From Octopus sinensis (taxonomy: Eukaryota): a stretch of DNA of 64,000 nucleotides. Shown here piece after piece: positions 1 to 12,422 of the stretch; position 1 is the first letter of the stretch; each line of letters begins with the position of its first letter. The stretch spans positions 71,362,001 to 71,426,000 of the forward strand of contig NC_042998.1 in assembly GCF_006345805.1 (NCBI RefSeq). Direction: 5' to 3'. The notes below the pieces were generated by a model. It was not told the DNA's origin. It saw only the letters and a program-made list of their open reading frames with translations, and did not search any database. The translations under genes were made by a program, and so were the position numbers.

Positions 1-832
1 ATTCCAGAAAAAATTTGCGAAAATGTTACAAGAGTTCAAAGCTTGTGTCATCTTCAGAATGTTCAGGCAATCAGAAAAAATAACGCGTTCGTCATAGCGA
101 GAAAAGATGAGGGTGGGAGACATCGAAATATAAAAACATTAAACCAGCATGGCCGCGGCCTTCGGGCTGAGACATTTTTAAGGATTTAAGGATTTTAGCT
201 ACAGTAAAGTCAAAAAAGTTAAATGATTCACAAGCAAATTAAATGTTAAAAAACTACGAGCAAACCAACAGGATTTGCTAGAAATACCGGTCAAAACATT
301 AAAATGTACTCGTGCAAAGTAAACAGTGAAACACAGGAAAACATTCACGAGCAAATTAAATATTTAAAACCTACGAGCAAACCAATAGGGGATGCTAGAA
401 ATAACAGTCAATATATTGCTTAAAACAGACATTAATTAAAAAAATTAAGGATGAATATTTGCAATACACTCTAGAATTTTATAAAATAAATTATCTTTCT
501 CATAACTGCTTCTCCACATAAGTTTACAAAGATAAAAGTCAACCACGGAACGGAGTATCTCACACCGGCGTTTGTTTCCAAGCTTTAACGTACTGGAAGT
601 ACTCTCAATTAGTTGATTACACTCAATTTGGTGGTTATACACCTTGAGCGGATGAGCGGCACCGTTGGTTACTATATAAACTGAGTTCTTCGCAATCAGC
701 TATGGAAGACGTGGTGCTTCTTTGCGTAATATGCTTGCAGAACATCACGGTGTTGTGTAAAACGCTCGCTTCTGATTGGAAGATTGGTTAGAGTATAAGT
801 CAATATGCCTTGTGATGTTTCTTCTCAGTCTA

Positions 833-2449
833 CACTACCGTCAGAAATTAATTAGCACCCTTGATTTTCTCTTCACTCAAGGTATTTGCTGTCACCTAGT
901 GGCCATATCTCGAACTATTGCTTTGTTATGAGTTCACTGTTGCGCAGAACGATGACGTAACTTTGTTTGCAGAGCAGTTTGAGAGTCTACAGCCTAATGA
1001 TGTTGACATAGCAGTGCAACAACAACTTGGAGTGCGGATGCAGACAAATCATCCTTTGTTTAATAGATATAGGTAGCGCCTCGCAAGGACCGAAATCACA
1101 CCGTACTAAGTTTTCTCATCGCGTAAGACGTTTTGAACAGCTCGTAGGTTAATTGATTTGTGTATTTGCAAGATTTTTTTTCCTCACAAATTCTCCTACA
1201 CTCTGCTTGATGACGTCACTTCTGGTTCACAAAACTTTCTGTTATACATCAAATAAGGTGAGAAATTCTGCTTTCTTTCTTTTTTGTTTAATGAATAATA
1301 ACTCATAGCATAACATTATTCAAATTTTAATGAAAATAACTGGTTTTTATCGTTCATTCCTAGATGGGCCCAAGACCTCGCATGACCTTGGAGAGACGGT
1401 ACGAGGCTCTCTCGTGGCGTGGGAAGCTGTCGGAGGCTGCAATAGCCAGAAAACTTGGTGTAGCCAGGCGCACAATTCAGTGCTTATTTAAGAAATACGA
1501 GGAAACCGGATCAGCAGCTGACAAAAAGGGTAGGGGACGGAAGAGGCTGACGACCCAGCGGGAGGACCGGATGCTGATCCGAAAGTCGCTGTACAACCGA
1601 AGGGCAACGAGCCAGCAACTGGCGGAGGAGATGCAAAAGATGACAGGGAAGCAGTTGTCTACAACCACCGTCAAGACCAGATTACTGGAAGCTGGTCTAA
1701 AATCCTGTAGGGCCGCCCATAAGCCGCTCCTTACAGCCCAAAACTGGAAGAGGCGGCTGCTCTGGGCCCGTGCCCACAAGACATGGACCGTGCAGCAGTG
1801 GTGGACAGTGAGGTTAACTGACGAGTCGCGATTCAGTCTCGTCAGTGACAAGCCTGTCCATGTGCGACGCCGCAGGGGTGAGCGCTTCAACAAAGACTGC
1901 ATTGCTCTCACCATGAAGCATGGTGGGGGTGGTCTGATGGTGTGAGGGGCGTTCAGCTACAGTGGTGTTGGGCGGCTCTATGCCGTCGAAGGCAACATCA
2001 ACGCAGCAAAGTACGTTGAGATAGTACGGGATACCTCTTTGGTGGCGAGGAGTACGTGCTTCAGCAGGACAACGTGCCTTCCCACACAGCCAAGCTCACA
2101 ACCGGTTTCTCAAGGACCATGGGGTGACGGCCAGGCCAGTCACCTGACCTGAACCGACACAAGCTGTTTGGGGCACTTCTTGCTGCATGGAGGGCCATCC
2201 CTGCACAGTACCTGCAGGCACTCATAGAGAGCATGCCGACCCGCGTAGCAGCTGTCATTGCTGCCAAGGAGGAGCAACAAGATATTGACTAAATTTCACG
2301 ATTAATAACAATTATGTGGTGTGCTGGGATATGTTTTAATAAATTTTTGATTATAAACGAGTTCGTTTCTGATAATAAGTTAATTAAATTAAGAAAATGT
2401 AAGAAAATGTAGAAATTTGAGAAGTGCTAATTAATTTCCGACACAAGTG
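833..2449 (+). mobile_element. Full-length Tc1-family DNA transposon (inactivated) with terminal inverted repeats and TA target-site duplication
   Basis: The left end TA|cactaccgtcagaaattaattagcaccc (831-860) matches the reverse complement of the right end gaagtgctaattaatttccgacacaagtg|TA (2421-2451). A Tc1-type transposase lies inside. Confidence 0.92.
1364..2288 (+). pseudogene. Tc1 transposase pseudogene
   Basis: ORF 1364-1945 has an HTH N-terminus, GRKRLTTQREDR, LTDESRF (first D) and KHGGGGLMV, then TGA where Trp is expected. Downstream frames give GAFSYSG, QQDNVPSHTAK (second D), SPDLN followed by a deletion removing the catalytic E region, and SMPTRVAAVIAAK..ATRY-stop. Confidence 0.9.
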
Positions 2450-3064
2450 TATATTCTGAGCTTTGTTCCCATCAAGGTCAATTTTCCTCCCATCCTTCTG
2501 ATGGGGGTCATAAAATTAAGTACCAGGTAAGAACCATGATCAATTTTACCAACTAACCTCCAACCCTGGTAACTGCTAACCACGTTCCTAAATTAGAAAT
2601 TATTTTTATAACACACGCACACTGATGAACCTCTTACCCACACTCCCCAATCTATGTTCATCCCTCACTGCATTCCCCTCTATCCGCATCTCCATCAATC
2701 TGCCACTCTCCTTTCACACTATCACCAACTTAGTTATCTACTCATTCTACCTCTCCGATCCTCTGAACCATTTCTCTTATATTCACCTGAGGGTATGCCT
2801 TGACATATTTTTACCACTGTCTTTTCTCTTCTCCAACTAGGATAGCCATGTATCTCCTCCACAGCAAGAGACTTGTACTTGTCCCTTTATCAACACCTGG
2901 TATAAAGCCACAGTCCCAGTACTACACTTTAATGCCAGTGCAGCTTAAAGAAAAACACCCAGTACACACAGTAGTGTTTTGCATTAGAAAGGTCATCCAG
3001 CTGTGGAAAACATGTCAAAGTATACATTGCACACCATTGTACGAGTTGTAACTATGACAAAATT

Positions 3065-3345
3065 TTCCGGTGTTCTGACCTGTAACTAGCAAAATTGAGA
3101 AAAACATTGCAGTTGTGAGTGCTGCAAGGAGGTAAATCGACAAATCCGTGTGGGGTCAGGTAATGTTCAGATTAGTTACTGTTCAGACCAGTACATTATC
3201 ACTGAAGATTTGTTTATGAGACGCGTGACTGCCAAGTTTATGCCAAAACCGCTTTCAGCTGACCAAAAATGGACTCGATTTTAGTTGCTCAAGATCTCCT
3301 GGATTGTGTCTAGAAAGATGAACTTGTTTTGAAAAGTTTGCGTAG
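3065..3345 (+). mobile_element. mariner transposase fragment (N-terminal half)
   Basis: Translates ITEDLFMRRVTAKFMPKPLSADQKWTR, resembling the mariner LGMRRVAAKFVPKLLT (WVPHEL-region) motif. Contains stops. Confidence 0.7.
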
Positions 3346-3589
3346 GCCTCAGAACCAAGCTCAACTCCCTGTCATGGTTAATGCGATGATCTCACGCTAC
3401 ACACCTTCCTTCTAAGCTCTGCTGTGAACTGCGGGAGTAAGCTAGAACGTTAAAACTTAGTGTGCCTGCACAACAGCGTTTAAGGTCAATTTGTGGGAAG
3501 CAGGCTTACTCTGCTTGCTTTAGTTTTGTTACTATGGTAAACAGTCTTGATACTCATTGATCAGAACAAGTGTAGATGTAAATATAGAT

Positions 3590-3961
3590 ATCTTAATGCA
3601 AATAAAGAATGCTCTATTCCATGTTGGTGGTTTCATCAAGCGTCACAACTGCCATAACTGGGCGTGGTGTGATAAGGATTCGAACATAACGTTCGAGAGG
3701 ATGCAAGCTCCAACAAATGTTAACGTGTGGTACGGACTGACGTCAACAAGAGTCGTCAGTCCATATATTCTGCGTGAAGTCATGAATACGAAACACTATC
3801 TTCTGATGCTCGAAAATTACGTTGATTACATTGAAATATGAAGATTTACGTTCATTTTCCGATGTAATAAAGAACATGTATCATTTGTTTCAATAAATTT
3901 GTAAAAGGAATACTGATGCTATTACCAATTTTTAATGCATACTTACTTTTCACTCATCCTG
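3590..3961 (+). mobile_element. Tc1/mariner-superfamily (maT/rosa-like) transposase fragment with right terminus
   Basis: FHVGGFIKRHNCHNW...NVNVWYGLTSTRVVSPY..YLLML resembles FHLNGYVNRHNCRIW...KVNVWCG. Ends in ctttttcactcatcctg|TA (TIR-like CAGGATG on minus). Confidence 0.62.
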
Positions 3962-5660
3962 TATATATATATATATATATACAAACAAATGCATACATAA
4001 AATTATGTATGGTTATATGCATGAAATTTTTTTTTTTTACGTTTAGATCTTCTTATGTGACGCATAATGTTACATTGTTGTATTTCATTTTACATTATAT
4101 TTCATTTAAAATATTTTCTAGGTGCTTAGGGCTAGGGGAGTCCTTAACGTGTGGAGAAAAGTGTAAGACTGAATTATGGATGCAGCAAATCTAATTGAAA
4201 TATCATCGATTCGTATAGCAGGTATTTGAGACTGCACTAACTTTCTTTTTTAATTCAACATTAACTATTACATGTCAGCAAATGATCTATCTATTTTGAA
4301 CCGTTCTTCATGAAATATTTTTAATATGATTCCATTACTCTTGAAAATAACTATAATGGATGTAAAATATGTGAACCGACTTGTAATGCTTCTGGCTTTA
4401 GCATTGAACAATAAATGGATGATTTCCTTAAGGAAATCGCAACATAGATGAAAATTCGAAACCGCAAATAATTTAGATGTTGCAGACTATAAAATTCTTA
4501 TATATTCCTTATTTCTGTAACTCAACTGAAGTTGTTCAAATGCCAAATGTAGAAACACTAAATGCCTAGCATTTAACGATAGACTCTACTCTGAATCCTT
4601 TTAAGATATCTCTTGGCCATGTACAATAATAAAATCATTCCAAAAGTTTCGAACATCCAAATTTAAGACATGGAATCTATGCAAGTAATGACATAGTCAC
4701 TGTTATTGGAGAAGGCAGGAATTTTAAGAAACATCTTGGTCCTCAAGAAGGTAAAGAGGGAATTAATTGCATTTATATGTCCCATTTAAATGATATAATA
4801 TGCCAATTTTTACACTAGGAAATATAGTTACATCAATGAATATCATACTACTTAAGCATTCCTAAACTACAGTAACATGTAGACACCTATGACTTCCCTG
4901 TGCTATTTTAAACTTTGGAGGTAATAAACATAATTATACCCATATTTAGATAGTTAATTATACATATATTAGACATTATTTTTTGTATATATATATATAC
5001 AAATGCATATACATACGTACACTCACACACACATGATTAATCATATATACATATGAAAATATACATACAAGCTAATAAGAAAAGAACGGCCAATAAAAAG
5101 CTGATAATACTGGCGTTGCCACCAGCATGACTACAATCTTTGTGCTAAAAATCATAAAAGAAAATAGGCTTTATGAAGAATTTTCATTGATTAAAGTTGG
5201 GGATATGTTGTTGTTTAGAATTTATTCATGATTATATAACTTTGTGGTCTGGTGTGTATGTTTAGGTGTGTCAATTTAAGGTCATAGAGGTTAAAAATAG
5301 CCTTCGAAATAGCCTACAAACTTTCCCTCTCAATGTGCTATGGATGAAATTCCAAAATAGGGACCAAATAATTTCTTGAAAAAGGAACTCCAAGTGACAC
5401 ATATGCTGACCAACAACATTTACAGCTACCCACATCGCGTTGTGAAGACGAAACTATTAGATTAGCAAACTTAACTTAACACAGTCAAGATTAGCTCAAA
5501 TGCACCACAAACCTATGAAGGCATCGCCGGCCGAAACTACGACGTCACAGTCAATACTATTTTTGTTACGTAATATTAGATTCGTAATCAATCAAATGTA
5601 TTGAATAATCCGTTAATTTAATGAAAGATTGAATTTATTGTAGCATAACAAACATTAGTG

Positions 5661-5698
<38 letters not shown>

Positions 5699-5789
5699 AA
5701 TATTATTAGAGACAAAACCACTATTTTGCAAAACAAACAAGGAAAGACTTAATCAATACATAAAATTTTAATAAAAAGTCAAAAAAACG

Positions 5790-5832
5790 CCACTACAATT
5801 GTTTCTTGTCTTGATCGACAATCTTCAGTGGA
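5790..5832 (-). ncRNA. Antisense copy of the same hammerhead with a 1-nt deletion in the 5' strand of stem I
   Basis: The minus strand reads tcca-CTGAAGA-TTGTCgatcaaGACAA-GAAACAATTGTA-GTGG. Core is intact; stem I register is disturbed. Confidence 0.55.
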
Positions 5833-5879
5833 CTTCCAATAAGTCAGTTTCAATAATTTGAAACTGACTTATTGGAAGT

Positions 5880-5922
5880 CCACCTGAAGATTGTCGATCA
5901 AGACAAGAAACAATTGTAGTGG
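5880..5922 (+). ncRNA. Minimal type I hammerhead ribozyme (PLE-type, palindromic stem III)
   Basis: Stem I CCAC (5880-83)/GTGG (5919-22); core CTGAAGA (5884-90); stem II TTGTC-gatcaa-GACAA (5891-5906); GAAA (5907-10); stem III ACAATTGT palindrome (5910-17); predicted cleavage after GUA (5918). Confidence 0.8.
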
Positions 5923-6292
5923 CGTTTTTTTGACTTTTTATTAAAATTTTATGTATTGATTAAGTCTTTCCTTGTTTGTTTTGCAAAATAGTGGTTTTGT
6001 CTCTAATAATATTATATAATATTTTACTATAAAATTGGATTTAATCCTAAATCTGATTTTTTCCCTGTAAATTTGGATTTATTCCCTAATATTTATTATA
6101 TTATTATATATATATATATATATGTATAAAAATTATATATAAAAATACAGAATGGGACAAGAACGCAAAACACACAAAGAGACGACACAAAAAACGGACG
6201 GGTCATTCGAAGCCTCTAATCTTCAGTCAGGAACCGGATCATCCTAGCAGTTTCGGTTGATTGATCCTGATAATATATATATATATATATAT

Positions 6293-7050
6293 AGGGAAAA
6301 TTCACAAAAGAAACAAAAGACGAAGTCAGGTAGTGTAGACAACAAACAGATATATTAGTATAACGCACGGGAAGTGATATATGTATATACACACATACAT
6401 CCATATATATATCTCCTCTCTTCCTCTCACACCTACCCCTCCCACCCACCTCTCCTCTCTTGCTCTGAGACCTACTTAGTGTCTTCACTCCTACCCATCT
6501 TCCTTCCACCTTCTCACTTCATCGCCCCCTCCCTCGTTACCCCACTCCTACACATTTCAACCCCGCCATCCCTATACATCCCATTACATCTCTTACACCC
6601 CACCCTTCTTTCATCCACTCTCGGCTCCCCCACAATTCAACACCACCATACCACACACTACCACCGACACACCACCATACCACACACTACAACCCACACA
6701 CCACCACACCACATACCACCATACCACACTACACCACATCACCTCACCCCGCACGAACTAGCACTGACCACTTCCCAGCACCAATCCCATCACCCACACA
6801 CCTACACATGTACACACTTACACCTCAAGGTCAACAGCCCCCTTCCACACGCACATACACGCTCTCTCATACATACGCACGCGCACCTTCGTTTGGGGAT
6901 CACGACTACTTTATTAATTTCCTTCTTTATTAATTTCCTAGGCTCCAAACGGTAAAAGACATTCTCACCTCCCGAGCGTTAAACTAATATATCTATTTGT
7001 TGTTTACACACCCGTCTTCGTCTTGTTTTTTTTTTTGTAAATTCTCACTA
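6293..7050 (+). mobile_element. Non-autonomous PLE-like element with inverted terminal segments and a C/A-rich low-complexity core
   Basis: 6293-6376 is a diverged reverse complement of 6965-7050. The right end is homologous to the pLTR at 44445-44720. Both flanks are (TA)n. Confidence 0.55.
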
Positions 7051-8149
7051 TATATATATATATATATATATATGATGCTACCTCCTAGAGAGTGAGGAAG
7101 TAAGGTCATTACCGACTATTGCTCACGCTAAATACAAGCGAAAGCCGTGCAAGACGTTATTGCAAAAGCTGTCGGCTTTCTTGGCGTTCACGTCCTCGGC
7201 TTCGATGCTCGTCACTGCTCTTCTACTTAACTGGGTGCTTGAAAATCGTCTTCCAGGCGATTGAACAACTTAAAATGAAGTCCAATAAAGGCGCTTGCAC
7301 TGCACCTCACAGACACTTTCAACTCTACTGCCATGGCCAGGAGACAAACCAGGACAAAGTCCTGCGCCAATATGGATCATATTGCGCGCAATATGGAGCG
7401 CTATGGTCTAAAGTTCAATGAAATGATCCCCTATTTCAGTGACCTTTAACAAAAGCTCAGGCTGTGTCCCACTCTCAGAAGACTTCCCGCACATTGCACA
7501 CCAACCTAGTGGCTTGTGATATTCAAACAAACATGCCTTCAAACGAAAACAAAATTTCTATTAATAGTCAATACCACATGCCATATCCAGATCTCTTGAA
7601 TTGCTATTCATTTTAATATTAAAATTCGTCTTCTGGCTTTCTTTAACCATCAGCATGTTATATGTACAATATTTGCAAGGATAATAACAAAACTAATTCC
7701 CTGAAACTGTCATGAAGTACTTGCTGATTCACCTCTAACGTTTGCGATGTCTACTCTCATGATATTGATGTAAACCATTTTTTTATATACTTGCGATAAT
7801 ATTTTTATTGTCGTCGCCTGTCAGCAACGCATATTTGCACTGCTAGCATTCCATTTTATTAATCGTGCTCTTTTCGTGATCTCCATTCAAACCAGCTTAT
7901 CTTTTTCGTTCCTTTAATTCCGCCGGCGTTCTGCAGTATTTACAGACCAGTAGTGGTTTTGAAAGCACCTGTCCAAATTTCAGAAATTTTATTTCAATTA
8001 TCATTGTTCTCACTGATATGGATACAAAAGATACCTCCGGGACCAACACGACTAGATAGTGTGCAAATATATTCAACTATCCGGTTTCCTGGCCTGACTC
8101 TACACTCACTAAAACATGCTAACACACATATTTTTTCTCCCACAAGTAC

Positions 8150-9082
8150 CAAACTGAACCCATGGATCAACTGTAGACCGAGGTTGGGCGTGTGGCATAC
8201 AGAGTGCCATCAGGCACTCGTACTTCTCTCCCAGTCGGGCAACGCCGGTGGCGGGGGTACTACCTCATTCTTCTATAGAGGGTTAGAGAGTTTAAGTGTA
8301 ACGACGTCCTTGAAGAAACCCTAGGCTTCTACGAAGATCAATTGGCCAATCTGTTCCAAAAGAACATTCGGGCCAGGGCCTATAGATAATTAGCAAAAGT
8401 CTCTGGCCTGGCAATATTACAGAGGAGCTTTACCGGTTCGCGATAAGCTCTTTAGACATGGGTGTGCTCCTTCGCCGGTTTGTGCAAGATGCGAGCATCT
8501 CAGGGAAACTGTCCTGCACGCGATTGTGCAATTCCCCAAGCTCTGAGCTTAAGTCGAACACCTGCTGTCGCATTCGAGAAGCGTACAACTGTCGAGCGAA
8601 TCTGTAATTAAGATCGTTCCGCCGACCTCCCTGAAATAGGAAGGAGCGAGCCTGTTTCCTCTCGGTAGTTGCTGTTGCGAAAGGGGTAGTATGGAAGACG
8701 AGAGTGAAAGGAATTGCGACGGGCATGTTCATCTCCAGTCTCGAGCTAATCGACATTTTTGTTTTCCACATGAAACGGAAAATAAGGCTGGGTAAGAAAC
8801 GTCTGTCGCAAAGTACTTCGTAAAAGATAGAAGTCTATAGGAAGTATGCTGCGAGTGAAAGACCTGTTTAAACGAGAATATAAAAAGGAAAAAGCAAAGT
8901 CTTCAGTGTGAGTATGTGGTTTGTGGGGTCGATCGCTTCATTTTTTGTAAACCACTCACTCTCATTTAATTGTATGTATTTTAATTGTTTGTTTATTTAT
9001 ACGTTTCTTCTCATTCGATGTCCTGACCCCAATGTTTGTTTTGTGTGTCCTCGCATCGTTCTCAACCTTACGTTTAATAAAG
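8150..9082 (+). mobile_element. Tx1/L1-clade LINE 3' fragment
   Basis: Translates KSLAWQYYRGALPVRDKLFRHG..PVCARCEHLRETVLHAIV (zinc-knuckle region). Homologous to 29939-30420. Ends at aataaagaaa. Confidence 0.75.
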
Positions 9083-10054
9083 AAATTTACTGTTACTGAG
9101 TCAACAATTACCTGCTTCTGTCTGAGCTACTTAACATTAACCAATCACGACAATCCGCATTAGTTCACATGCAAATGCACACTCGCATATTATATGCATC
9201 TACCTATGTGTGTGTCTATATGTATATGTGTGTGCGTGTATGTATGTGAATGTGCGATGGCTGGAGTACATTTTGTGACCTTTCAAACAAAGTTCTCCAC
9301 GTTTGAAATGAAAGGACGATAAAAACTCTGACAGACTGATATAGAAAGAAGTTGATCTGGGAGTGCATACACAAAAGCAAAGAACGGAGAGAGGAACTCG
9401 TAGGAAACGCGAGTCATGTCGTCAAGCTATTCGACATAATGCTTCAGTCATCAACGTTATTCAATTGTCCTTATCCATAGATTTCTCCCCCTCGTTGCTG
9501 ATCCCTACGCAAGCAATGCTTCCACGTTCTGTTGCGCTTCTTATTCTGAATGGCTGCATTGTGTCCACACTTGCTTTCTACCTCTATCCTTGCTCAAAGT
9601 TTCTCACTTCCTTGCTTCCTTATATCTATGCATTCCTGCATTGCTTTCTATTCTTTCTAATTTGTCACTAATCACAGAATGCTAACTATCATATTTTTTT
9701 ATTTTCATTTCATTAAACTTTTTTTCACTTTCATGTCATTCACGAATAAATGATTTGTCTGCGAAATTGGGAACTCCACTCACACAGGATATATACGTAA
9801 TTCTTTGTGTTTCATATGCTTAATGATACATGCATACACATATCTCCCTATACATATACGCGTATTTCGCTCTATCTGTCTCTACACACCTGCACATATA
9901 TATAGGTGTGTGCTTATGAGAATTTTAGTGTGTGTTTTATATTGTTCACCAATTGAGCAAAATTTGTTGCTTGGAGTTGAAAGACTATCAAATTTAATTC
10001 GTATATACTGTATAAATAAATAAAAAATATATATGTATATACCGGAGTAAACAC

Positions 10055-10119
<65 letters not shown>

Positions 10120-10841
10120 GGAGTAAACACATGAATGTGAAACAAGGTGGAAAAAAGAGTACTCAAATACCTCGGGTAGAGTAATTTTATTATCCTAATG
10201 AAAAACCATTGAAACAAACATCAAAACATAGGTCAGAAGAAGATTATTTGAATATCTGTACCGGGGAATTGAGATACCTTCGAAATTTTGGCTTATTGTA
10301 TGAGGATGTCTCTGGCTCATATATTTTTAAAACAATTGTTTCAATATTTGCTATCTAACATAACTATGATCTGCGGATTTTTACGATGTTGCCGGACTGT
10401 AAAGTTAAAGCCCGAGAATACTGGTGTCTATAGTCAAATAGGGTTATCTGATAGGATATGTAAAAATATTGCAGTACCATTTAAATGTCACAAAATACGT
10501 TCTGTTCTTACTGAACTGAGAAGCAGATCAGTCATGCTCCCACTTACAGCTGCACATTTAAACCTGACATGTGTGGTGAAGAATTTCATTTTATTTTTGG
10601 TGTATTTAATAGAAAGCATGATGGAAAAAGCATGATTAGCACTCTCTCTCTCTCTCGGTCTCTATCTGTCTGTCTGTCTCACCGGAATCGTGATTTATAA
10701 TTAATTTTGGTTATAATAAATTCCCAGTAAGTAAAAATATTGTAAATCTATATACATACCCATTTAAACTCTTACGTGTTTTAAGCGAAAGCCTATGGCT
10801 ATACTGAGGCATCGTCATTCACTGAGTAAGCATTTCAGATA

Positions 10842-11375
10842 CAGGGTGTCCGGGGTAAATTTGACTGTTTGCATAAAAAGAAAATGAAAATCCAGTATAG
10901 CATCCAAAAAAAGAACATTTCAAATAATAAAACAAAACAACAACTAGATTATGGTTGAGAGATAGCAATTTATTCAAAATACCGTCCTCAGCTTCCATCA
11001 CCACCTCAAAACGACTCCGGAACCAGGCGTATGTATTTCTCACTGCATACCTGGAAGTACCTTTCAACACCTTCTTGATCTTAGATATCAGTTCAGCCTT
11101 GGTGTTTTAGTAAGAGAGGCTGGTGTCTTTCTGAACATATAGCAATTTGTAGGATTACAATCGTAGGGACACATTGTTTGGAACTGGAGTGGGTGAATTC
11201 GTAGAAATTCTCCTCCAATCAGTTCTAAATCTTTCTGGAAAAATGTCAAGGAGCCGAATCCTCCTGTCACACATTTGGCCGTCCATCAGCAACCGTCTCC
11301 AGCAAAAGTTTGACTATAGTTTCCAGTAGCTTCACATAGCTGACTGAAATAAGCGTTAGGCCGCGGTGAAAGACG
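10842..11375 (-). mobile_element. maT/mariner-like transposon, 3' half with TIR
   Basis: TA|cagggtgtccggggtaaatttgac terminus at 10840-10865. Minus strand gives YVKLLETIVK..VADGRPNV*QEDSAP and VRNTYAWFRSRFEVVMEAEDG. Confidence 0.8.
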
Positions 11376-11601
11376 TATGTGTGTGTATGTGTGGGTGACA
11401 TCACGCTCAATGGAAACACCCAAAGACTATCATAGTGAAAGAGTAACTTGGTATTCATGAGGTCTTACTGTCTTTAGAGTGTTCACAGAGCATCGAACAG
11501 CAATTATGATGTTGGTCTTTTGATCCATATACATACACACACACACACATACATACATACATACATACATACATACATACATACATACATACATAATAAA
11601 A

Positions 11602-11640
<39 letters not shown>

Positions 11641-11982
11641 GATATAAACGATAGTGAATGGTAACAGTGTATTGTTCTTCCTACATACGCACATAAACAC
11701 ACACACACACACGCACACACATACACAAGCAAACAAACTACCAAACACAGAACGTGTGTGACGGTGTGTTCCCATGCATCATCATGAATAGACTATACAG
11801 TTTACACCTGTGCCAGAGTTTGAGAGTGTTTGCGTAAATATGTATTCATATATATGTTGATATAGATATTCGTACATATTCGTATATGTATATGCATTCA
11901 TGTGTGTTTGTGTATCTGTACAGGTGTAAGTGTATATATTTACATATCTACATACGTATATATAAATATCTACATATATACG

Positions 11983-12034
<52 letters not shown>

Positions 12035-12363
12035 CATTCATATATATATACATACATATATATATATATATATATAATATATATGCATACATATATATAC
12101 GTATATATATAAATATATATTTATATACATACATATATATATATATACATATATATGCATACATATATATATAATAGAAATATTAAAATAACTAAGTCTC
12201 TCTAAAATTTATAAAAGATAAAGAAGGCGAAGAAGAGAAAGAGAGATGGAGTAGAAGTAGGAATTTATAAGAATGCCATATTAGTATGGCGATAACTATT
12301 ATTTTCATATATATATATACGTCTATATAAATATACATATATATATATAAATATATGTGTGTG

Positions 12364-12422
<59 letters not shown>

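Larger units (their letters stand above)
5694..6018. repeat. Near-perfect palindrome (about 160-bp arms, 4-nt loop at 5854-5857)
   Basis: 5694-5853 is the reverse complement of 5858-6018. The only difference I found is a 1-nt indel (cag-tggac versus gtccacctg). Confidence 0.97.
5694..6105 (+). mobile_element. Non-coding Penelope-like pseudo-LTR remnant with inverted 5' copy, between (TA)n tracts
   Basis: A hammerhead plus an inverted terminal copy is the typical PLE pLTR architecture. The plus arm continues about 85 nt beyond the palindrome before the next (TA)n. Confidence 0.55.

Noticed and set aside
620-800. TATA-like (tatataaa) and CCAAT-like motifs; CCAAT also at about 9140 and 50030
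   Set aside because: Short motifs with no downstream gene evidence.
6125-6265. Minus-strand CTGAAGA...cGAAtgacccGTC motif resembling a hammerhead
   Set aside because: No stem II closing pair, GAAA is replaced by GAAT and no stem I partner exists. It is probably a repeat end, but a ribozyme fold is not supportable.
6374-6955. 193-aa His/Pro/Thr-rich ORF
   Set aside because: Read-through of a low-complexity C/A-rich repeat core; no domain.
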